Origin: Macrostomum lignano
Taxonomy: Eukaryota
DNA length: 58,273 bases
Reading direction: 5' to 3'
NCBI GenBank assembly: GCA_002269645.1
Contig: NIVC01002039.1
Span: 1 to 58,273 of the forward strand
The notes under the pieces are model-generated. The model was given only the letters and a program-made list of their open reading frames with translations. It was not told the origin of the DNA and did no database searches. Shown here one piece after another: positions 49,104-58,273 of this stretch. A program made the position numbers and the translations under genes. Each line of letters opens with the position of its first letter. Position 1 is the first letter of the stretch.

Positions 49104-51725
49104 CTAGCCATTTAGCCCCCCGCTGGGGAGCCCTAAAATGACACCAATTGGTTTTTTTTTTGACACAAGAGTAACCTTACTATAATTATCCAAAATGGGG
49201 ATTTCCATTAATCAAAAATTACCTTTTCTCATTTTGGCAAAAATAAATTTCCATGAATCAGAACTTTCATCAGCCAAAAAAGTTTCCTTCATCAGCCCAA
49301 AACCCTTTCTCAATCAGCAAATAGTGCTGATCCTTTCAAGCACAAACTCTTAGTGCATATCGTCGCTGGCCGGGGCATATTCTTATCCGCAGCAAATATG
49401 CAAATCATTGACGGCCTTAGACCCTCTCTTTTAATTAGCCTAAATCAAAGAATGAAACCTTTAATAAATGCGCTGGTATTTCCTATTAGCAGAAATCAGC
49501 ATCACTTGTGTGTACTATTTCAATATCTGAACTACATGAGCTACTTCAGCCGTACTACCTAACTATCTGACAATCGCCCAACAACCTAACACCCCCAACA
49601 ATTCAGCCATCGTCCATGAGCCTTGTCATCTTAGCAATTCCCCCCAGTAAGCCTTGTCATCTTAGCAATTCCCCCCAGTAAGCCTTGAAATCTCAGCAAT
49701 TCCCCAAGTAAGCCTTGACAAGAATTGCTAAGAATTGCTAAGAATACTTAGCTAACAATTGCTAATACTTGCTAAGAATTGCTGAGAAGCCTCGAGATCT
49801 CAGCAATTCCCCCAGTAAGCATTGACATCTCAGCGATTCTCCCAGTAAGCCTTGAAATCTTAGCAATTCCCCCAGAAAGAATTCACATCTTAGCAATTGC
49901 TGCAGTAAGCCTTGAAATCGCTGCAATTCCCCCAGTAAGCCTTAACATCTCAGCAATTCCCCCAATAAGCCTTGACATCTGAGGAATTCCCCAGTAAGCC
50001 TTGAAATCTAAGCATTTCGCCAGTAAGCCTTGAAATCTCAGCATTCCCCCAGAAAGCCTTCACATTTTAGCAATTCCCAGTAAGACTTGACATCTTAGCA
50101 ATTCCCAGTAAGACTTGACATCTCAGCAGTTCCCCCATTAAGCATCGACATCGCAGCAATTAAACTCGAGCCTTGACATCTACGCAGTTCTCTCAGCTGA
50201 GTAAGCCTTGACATCCCAACAACCCAACTCCCCTCCCCAAGAATTCAGCAATCCCCTTATGAGCCTTGATATCTCTGCAATTTCTTCATAAGCCTTGTCA
50301 ACTCAGCGATTCCATTCATGAGCTTTGATATCTTAGCAACTCCCATCTTAGCAAGTCTTTAGTTGATGGTTAACAGAGTGGTTATTCTATGATTAAACCA
50401 AAACTGACCCTAAGCCCCTAACCCTAACCCATAAGTGAGTATTGGCATGTTAGCAATCTCCCCCGTGAGCCTTGAGCCTGAGCATTTAAGTAACTTCCTC
50501 ATAAGCTTTGAAATCTAAATTTCACCGAAAGCCTTGAACTGTCAGCAATTCCCTAAAATCCAAAGCATATAACTAATTCGCCCCTTTGATCTTTGAAATT
50601 CCTTGATGAATCATTTATGATTGACACGACGATCGCTCTATAATTAAACTCAAATCCTAACCCTAAACCTGCAGCCGAGTCACAGCATTTCAGCAACTCC
50701 CCCTCTCAGCCCAAGAATTTCAGCAATTCCCCAATGAGCTTTTGAAATATTAGCAATTTTCCCATGAGCATGAAACTTTAGCGACTAACCTTTTGATATC
50801 TTGGCACTTTCACATGAGTCTTATGGTTGAAAACTAACCCTGCCAAGTCACAGCATTTCAGCAATTCCCACCGTAAACCACAGCATTTCAACAAATACCC
50901 AATGAACCTTGACATTTCGTGAATTTCAGCTATTCGCTTTAGGAGCCTTTGAAATCTCAGTCATTCCCCCGTGAACCTTAGCATCTCAGCAATACCCAAG
51001 AGTCACAGCCTACAGCATTACAGGGATCCCCCGTGAGCTTTGAAATCTCAGCTATTCCCCAATGAGTCTTGATATCTCAGCAACTCCTATTTGAGCCACA
51101 AAATTTCGGCATTATGAGCAGGTACTGCAATCACAACCACATTATAAGCCACATTATAATTAAATATCCCCCCACGAGCCTTTACAACTTAGCAATTCCC
51201 CAATGAGTATTTAATGTTAGACAGGCCTATTCATTTATATGGTTCACGTCTTACTCTTACCCTAACAATGTCGGCAATTCCCTCAAGAGCCACAGCATTC
51301 CAGAAATTATTTCCATGAGCCTTGACAGCAAATAATTTTAATGAGCCTTGATACCTCAGAAATTTCTCAAATGGAATTTGAAATCAAAGCAATTCTGCCC
51401 AGAATCACATCAGATCATATCAGAATCAGAATTTCCCTCTGAGACTTGACAAGACATCTCAGAATTTCTCTCATGGGCCTTGATCTGGCCCATGGCCCAG
51501 TAAGCCTTGTAATCTCAATAATTCCCCAGTAAGCCTTGACATCTCAGAAATTCTCTCATTAAGATCGACATCGCAGCAATTGAACTCAAGCTTTGAAATC
51601 AAAGCAATTCTCCCCAGAATCACATCATTATAGCAATTACCGCTGAGCCTTGAGATCTTAGAAATTCTCCCATGAGTCTTGATATCACAGAAATTTTCCA
51701 TACCAGCCTTGACATCTTAGCAATT
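49104..51725 (-). mobile_element. Helitron H13 3' part (tail e) with degenerate ~30-bp F array 49618-51725; 5' end not found
   Basis: CTAG 49104-49107 with cccc-ccgct-gggg hairpin; gccttgacatctcagcaattcccccagtaa repeats, also present in H1. Confidence 0.65.
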
Positions 51726-51867
51726 CACATTGAGTATTTTATTCTCGACAGACCGCTTCTTTTATGGTTGACATGATGATTCTTTTGTCACTTTTTCTTG
51801 TGTTGAGTTTTCTTCTGTTTAAAGTAGCATTTATTAAAAACTTACAGTGGTTTACCATCACTTTAGC

Positions 51868-51968
51868 GATGGTTCACCAGCAGTTTAGCAATGGTTCACC
51901 AGCAGTTTAGCAATGGTTCACCAGCAGTTTAGCAATGATTCACCAGCAGTTTAGCAATGGTTCACCGG
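51868..51968 (+). repeat. 22-bp minisatellite, ~4.5 copies
   Basis: atggttcaccagcagtttagca. Confidence 0.9.
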
Positions 51969-52924
51969 CACTGTTCCGCAAAATCTGGGAGCAGATGGCT
52001 ACTGATCTCCATATGCTTCTCAATAATCGAAACCATTTGAAATGTTTGCAACTTGCAGTTTAAAATTGATTTGCAATTCTCTTGCATATTTATTAATTCA
52101 TTGTACGTCAGATTAGCACTGCTCACCCAGATTAGACCCTTTGCAAATTAGTACTTACAGCAGATTAGCACTGCTCTAGAAGACTAACGCAGCCCCAGCA
52201 AAAGTATCTTCAAATTTAAGTGTTTAACATCTCCATGAATCTGCATAGGATGCAATCATTATTGTCACAGGTCACAAAGATAAATTCGCTGCTTCAATAC
52301 AGGCTCGAACTGCTGACATCAAAGCATTCTGTTTGCTTCTGCTTGATACTGCCTGCCTACTGCGGCTATTGTGCCTATTGACATGTGGTCGAAATAATCT
52401 AGTTTAACAACTTCAGCCGTTTGAAGTTAACCCCCGGAAATCGGCATTTATCCCCACAACAACCTGAAATTATCCCTTCATCTAATCCCGCAAAAAGACT
52501 GCAGTTATTTCTTAGCAGCCGGCATTTATCATCCACTTTGCATTTTAAAACTTTTATTAAAATTAAGCATGTATACCCGGAGCGGCATAGAATTGTCCCC
52601 TTAGCCAAAAATATTTCACTTAGCAGCCGCAGAAATCCCCTAAACAACTTGTACTTAATCTTCCACAGTAAATATCCACTCAAAACTCAATAGTTAGTTA
52701 TAAGCCTCAGAAGTCTGCCATTATCCTTTAATTAGTCCGCAGTTTTCCCTCTTAGCAGTCTGCAGCTATACGCTCATACGTCTGGAGGAACTACCTCAGC
52801 AGTTTGCAGTTGTTTCCCCTTTGCAATCTGCAATGATCCCTTCGACAGTCTGCAGTTCCCCTCAGCAGTCTGCAGTCATTTCATTTTCAGTCTACAACTG
52901 TACCATTAACGATTTTCATTCATT

Positions 52925-54055
52925 CTCTCAGCAGCCTGCAGTTCTCCTCTCGGCCGGCTCCTCAGTCTCCTCTGCAAACTGCAATTTTCTCAGCATTTTA
53001 CGGCTCACTAATAAATTTTCGATACATATCGGCAGTTTTGAAATGCTCAGCATTTAGCAATACCTTCAGCAGTTTTTTTCAGAATCGTCTGCAGTTTAGC
53101 AATTTCATACTTTCATGGAGCTAGGCAATATACCCATTGATGGGATCAGTACGCTCGTAATACATGTACTTGAAGCAGTTTCTGCAAATCAAATTTGCTT
53201 ATCGACTTGTGCCAAACAGCAAAAATACATGTAGTTCATTAAGTGTGCCTTGTTTATTAAGCATAAAAGTTTAAATTAGTCGAAGCACAAGCTAAAATAA
53301 ATAATTAGTTCAATTTTAATTGTCCGCTGCGAGGTAGACTCGAACCTGGGACCTTACGCCTATCCTAAAACTGGTCCTAGTGCCTACAGTGCAGCTACTC
53401 CGCCTATTGATCGGAGGGCGACAAAATCAGCCATATATGCTTTGGCACTGCAGTCAAATACACAGCAGTGATAGGCTGCTTAGTGCACGGGTTGTGTGCA
53501 GGCAGAGCCAATGCGCAGTTAAGTAAAATCTATAAATTAGATTTAAGTCTGGAGGAACTAATTCTCAGTCTGCAGTTCTTCTGTGGCCGGCACCTCAGTC
53601 CCCTCAGAAAACTGCAATTTGCTCAGAATTGTACGGCTCACTAATCAATTTTCAATACATATCGGCAGTCTTGAAAAGCTCAGCATTTAGCAGCATTGTC
53701 TGCAGTTTAGTAATTTCGTACTTTTATGGAGCTAGACAATACCCATTGATGGGATCAGTTATACTCGAAGCAGTTTTTACAAATCAAATTTGATTAGTGG
53801 CTAGTGCCGAGTAGCAAAAAATGAATTGCTAATTAATAAAAAAATGTTTCAATTGAAATTAAATAAAAAATGTTTCAATTAGTCCAGGCACAAGCTATAA
53901 ATTATTGAATTATTTGAATTTTTATTATCCGCCGGGGAGGCAGACTCGAACCTTGGACCTTACGTCTAGCCTAAACCTAGTCCTAGCCTAAACCTAAGTG
54001 CCTACACTGCGGCTACTCCGCCTATTGATGGGAGGACAACAAAATCAGCCATATA
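52925..54055 (-). repeat. Two diverged ~500-bp direct repeats (~52925-53437 and ~53561-54055), each with a tRNA-derived SINE-like head
   Basis: Shared blocks acggctcactaat, catatcggcagt, tactccgcctattgat, aaaatcagccatata. Minus-strand B box GGTTCGAGTC (53337-53346 and ~53945) and A-box-like TAGCTGCACTGTAG. Confidence 0.65.
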
Positions 54056-55319
54056 CTAGCAATCTACGCCCCCCGTTGGGGAGCCAAATAAATGCAATAC
54101 ACGTTTTTTAATAAGCAACATGTAGCTAAGCCTTGAAATCTTAAAAAATCTCCTGTCAAACTTCTAACCATAACCCCAACCCTAACCATAACCCCAACCC
54201 TAACCATAACCCTAAATTGAATATTTTGTTCACGAGTTTTTGCATGATGCTTGCATTATTTTTTGCATGACGCTTCCATAAATATTTTTAATAGGCTACT
54301 ACATGAGCTAAGTTATAAGCTACCCTAACCCTAGCCCTAAGCCAAATCTTAACGCTATACCCTGAACCTAACACTAAACCTTGAAACCCTAACACCAATC
54401 CTAACACTAACCCTACAGCCTGACATTTTCATAAGTTTGTGAAGCGCTTATGCACCAAATTTTTGTGAACAGAATATTCTCAGTGAAATGAAATATTTGA
54501 AGCTTTATTTATTCCCGGCATAGCACATCACTACAAAGAACGTGCATATACGCGTACCATTTAATACTGGCATACTTTAAGCGTAGGATGATACGAAACT
54601 GCGTGAATAAATTCGCCGAACTATTAAACATTTCTGTTAGTTTCACGATTATTATACACAGTACATGTACAAAGTAACAGTACTGTTCAACTGTACTGTT
54701 ACGAGCTACAACAAACAAAAAACAACAAACGACCGGTACGTGCTTTTAATTAAATTTTAAACAACCGAAAATTGACGTTCAGCAGTTAAAACAATATTTA
54801 AACCAACACATGCATTTATTCAAATGATATGATATGATCTTCTGCTGCTAATACGAGCGTAGCAGGTGAAAATTTGCAATGATGTAATAATTAATTAACA
54901 AAAGGATAGACTGTCGCTTCAGCAGATGGTGCCATCGACAAGCAGCCAGTATAGCTTTAGCAGTACAAAAATGTACATGTATATGCCATCCTGACTACCT
55001 GCCGACTCGCGTCACTGCTCAATTGCATGCATTGGGTGTAAGCAAAGGTAGAGACATTCATTCTCAAACCAAACATTAAGTCGCTCCGCTCTGCTTAAGG
55101 CTGCTACAGAGCTTGACTGCAAATGCTCCTTTTAGAGTCTGGAACCACAGGGTATATAGAGCAGCTCCTATACACCATTCACAAACTCTTTTAGTCCAGT
55201 TAAGATGCAGTCAACCTACTCTCAATGAGGGCTGCTTCATAAATTCCAATTATACATACATGTTTCACCTGCTTATACCTGTACTATTTCTGTTTACTGA
55301 CTGTATTTTATGGTCTGTT

Positions 55320-55680
55320 CAGCGACTGTATTAGTGACTGCATTATTGTCTGTTTAGAGGCTGTATTGTCTGTTAAACGACTGTATTGTCTGTTTAGAGG
55401 CTGTATTGTCTGTTAAACGACTGTATTGTCTGTTAAACGACTGTATTGTCTGTTTAGAGACTGCATTGTCTGTTAAAGGCTGTATTGCCTGTTTAGACAT
55501 TGTATTGTCTGTTTAGAGACTATATTGTCTGCTTAAGGCTGTATTGTCTGTTTGGAGGCTGTATTGCCTGTTTAGAGGCTGTATTGTCTGCTTAGAGGCT
55601 GTATTGTCTGTTTAGAGGCTGTATTGCCTGTTTAGAGGCTGTATTGCCTGTTTAGGGATTGCATCATTGTCTGTTAAAGG
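55320..55680 (+). repeat. 20-bp minisatellite, ~17 copies
   Basis: ctgtattgtctgtttagagg. Confidence 0.9.
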
Positions 55681-55847
55681 CCTGTATTTATTCTGTAATT
55701 TCTACTTTAAGTACTGTTACATTTATGTCCTATGAGTATAAGGAGGAACTTACGAAACATTCCTCGTAAATAGGATTTACTCAATGCACTCTCTCAGGGC
55801 TATCAGTTCATTGAGACTCTACGCGACTTTGATTTCACTCTCAGCCA

Positions 55848-57456
55848 TCAGACGCTCGGGTCAAAAAAGTGGCGCGCCAACTGTGGCAACTCACTGATAC
55901 GAAGTGCTGTTCTGTACGCTGTGATCATCGAACGACATTCTGCTCGACTCATCCTGACCGTCGACACCTCCACTGCGGTGAAACTGACTCCGGTCATCAC
56001 CCGTCGACAATCGTCTGTATCGAATCTGCGAGAAGAAAAAATTTATAAGGATATAAAATATGCGTAACAAGAAAGTCCTATTAGACATGAATACATAAAA
56101 GCAACACAATAAGTACTGTTCTCTTTGCTATTCAATTTGCGATTTTCAAAATAAATAGCTTAACTGAACACCTGTCTAACCTGGTAACCTAACAAACTTT
56201 ATTATATTTAATCTTAATACTAAAAGTGGTGCGTTGTTTGTCTGTATAATCAACTAAATTTGTAGAAAATCACTCACCTTTTTGCCATTTCCGAAGTCCC
56301 TCACAATTTCCTTCGAGTGTTTGTCATAAAACTCAAACAAGGCAGCAGGCTCCCGAATTATGGTCACACTTTCGTCTCCAATCTCATCAGCACCAAGTCC
56401 TGGAGTAGGCACTGGAGCGGGCACAGGTTCAAACCGGGTATCGCCTTCCTTTGCATTCCTATACCAGTCAGCCAAGACTCTGGCTTCACCATCGTCACTG
56501 TTGCATTTTACGTCAGAGTTCGAGCATCCCAACGTGACGGAGCCCGAATACTCCTGCACCTTTGCTCTTCTTATGGACAAAACATCGCCGATGTTCCACC
56601 TGTCCACTTGAGCTGAGGACGAACCCCAAAACGTGCAGCTTACAGAGCCGAAGGTTCGGTCAACCAAAGTCACTTTGGCTACGTTAACCTTTTTCCCAGC
56701 ACGCGTTCGGACTTCTTCAGACGGTTGCCTGGCGTCGATCACTCCAAGCACATCGACGATTCTGATAGTGAAAGGGAGCAAAGGGACTTTTTTTAACTAT
56801 TTGCACACTAACTTAAGCATCACATTAGATTTCTATTTGTACACTAACAGGAGCATCATGAAGCTAATAACCCAGGCTTCGTACAGTGTTGCGATGATAA
56901 ATGTTTTCAAACACAAGACAAACTAACTGTCACCAAAACACGATTACATGTACTTTCACTCCGCGATATTTGAGCACTAATACATGACGAAAACTACTAA
57001 ATCAATTAGTCACTCACCTGTCCAATCCAGTCTGTTGCAGTTGATTAATGCTAGTGTAATTAATTACTGGATCTCGAGCAACCGGCACTTCGTTGCTTCT
57101 ATAGATGAAGCCCTTGGAATCCACGGAAACGGTCATCTCAAGTGGATTGTCCGTACACTTGTACTCTGGCTTGGCAGTCTTCACCATCCCGCCGGATATG
57201 CGAACGGCTTCAGCATCGTTGCATACTTCCCAGATAGCTTGCAAATCCTTACCGAAGACGCTGACTCGCATCTCAGATGAGCGTCCACCAAGATGAACGA
57301 AAACACTTGGCCCTGACCTTGTTGTTATTATACGTGTGAACGTCTTTCAGGTTCGTCACAAGGCAGTGACAGGCGTAGGCATTTGCCCAACTGTCAGACC
57401 GGCAATCCATCCTTCTTCGACTTCTTTTTCAAAGGTGACTCTGAATAAGAGGCCAT
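55848..57456 (-). CDS. RPA70/RPA1-like ssDNA-binding protein, OB folds A and B only; exons 57456-57018, 56761-56278, 56025-55891 (or to 55848)
   Basis: Exon 1 (after correcting about four 1-nt frameshifts) IAGLTVGQ..VTNLKDVHTYNNNKGQGQVFSFILVDASSEMRVSVFG..ISGGMVKTAKPEY..LEMTV parallels RPA70 DBD-A. Exon 2 IVDVLGVI..VTLVDRTFGSVSCTFWG..VLSIRRAKVQEYSG..EARVLADWY parallels DBD-B. GT-AG introns 57017-56762 (phase 2, GLDR|IVD consistent) and 56277-56026. Confidence 0.85.
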
Positions 57457-58273
57457 TTTGCACAAAATATTATTCAACAATTGAAAAAAGAACTGATAAA
57501 AAGTATCAATCAAACTTTTTCTAAGCAATGATAAGCTTTAACTGTAAGACAACAAAATTGGCTCAACAAATCACAAGCTATATATATGTAGAAATAAAAG
57601 TAGCCACGAAAAAAACACCACCTCCCCTCCAGCCCAGTACATTGTACTCAATTTTGCATTCATTTTTACTTTATTACACAATCTAATTGGCTGGACACAC
57701 AACCCAACCCAATCACTCCAGTGCCCAGCATTAAAGCACACACTGCACCTCTGATGTACGCTAAGGTCTCCTCACTTTTCTCACCTAATCTTTTGTTTGT
57801 TTGCTATCTCGTTTTATGGTGACACAATTTCTCAACGACTGACTCAGCAAGTGTAGGCAATACCTTTAAGAGTTCGCGGCCGCGTGTACTTCACTGCACA
57901 AACAAAACTTGTATGGCGCGGCTGACTGGTTGAGCCATTTTCGCACCTTCTAAGCCGGAAAGAAAAATAGGCGACCCTCCTCAAGTCAGGCTGCATGGCC
58001 ACCAGTACGCTAGACAATTTTTAGGCCAATCGCCGCTCTAAAGCCCGACCTGCACAACCGACCAATAGGAAGCCTCAGACTTGTACAGAAAACCACCGTA
58101 AGGCTCAGCGAAGCGACGACGCACAACCCATAACCCCTAATTTTATTCGCCCCTACACCTCAGTTTCAGTGCCTATATAGTCTGATATAGTCTGATTCAT
58201 ATATTTAGAGTCATATATTTCTATATTAGAGTCTCAACAAATCATATTTTCTCAATCAAATCATCAAACAAAT

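Larger units (their letters stand above)
54056..58273 (-). mobile_element. Helitron H14 (tail a, same as H1) inserted at A|T; extent to the right inferred, 5' end probably outside the window
   Basis: CTAG 54056-54059 plus the same hairpin and ~110 bp as 17021. The sibling repeat reads ccatata|tgc at 53437, so the insertion is between A and T with no TSD. The matching tgctttggcac flank was not found in the window. Confidence 0.6.

Noticed and set aside
55848-57456. Host RPA1 orthologue
   Set aside because: Lacks RPA70N and the zinc-ribbon DBD-C and is very divergent, so no gene symbol is assigned.

Overview
Eukaryotic, repeat-dominated DNA that looks invertebrate/metazoan (GT-AG introns, TTAGGG-like tracts, microsatellites). 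There are no prokaryotic operons, rRNA genes or CRISPR arrays. Coordinates were read by eye and array edges are approximate. (1) 1-17 kb: a ~0.9 kb inverted duplication (89-1002 vs 11891-12817). It surrounds a disrupted ORF that fuses a degenerate SWIM-type, transposase-associated C-terminus to a complete USP/peptidase C19 deubiquitinase domain, several orphan or low-complexity ORF remnants, a plus-strand Helitron tail-to-head junction and a 1.4 kb CT tract. A TATA/CRE promoter and a coiled-coil pseudogene follow. (2) 17.0-51.7 kb: a continuous concatemer of different non-autonomous Helitrons, all on the minus strand and joined hairpin-CTAG|TC at 13 junctions. Full-length members share a conserved 5' head and a tRNA-derived Pol III-like cassette (A box, GCT anticodon loop, B box, T-run), followed by interchangeable minisatellite arrays. 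Short 5'-terminal stubs and stutters suggest these Helitrons target their own 5' ends. (3) 54.0-58.3 kb: another Helitron 3' end inserted at an A|T site, with a three-exon RPA70-like gene (OB folds A+B only) on the same strand. This is the best candidate for part of the autonomous partner, but no Rep/helicase is visible in the window. Single-base deletions look like long-read consensus errors, so frameshift-based pseudogene calls are provisional.
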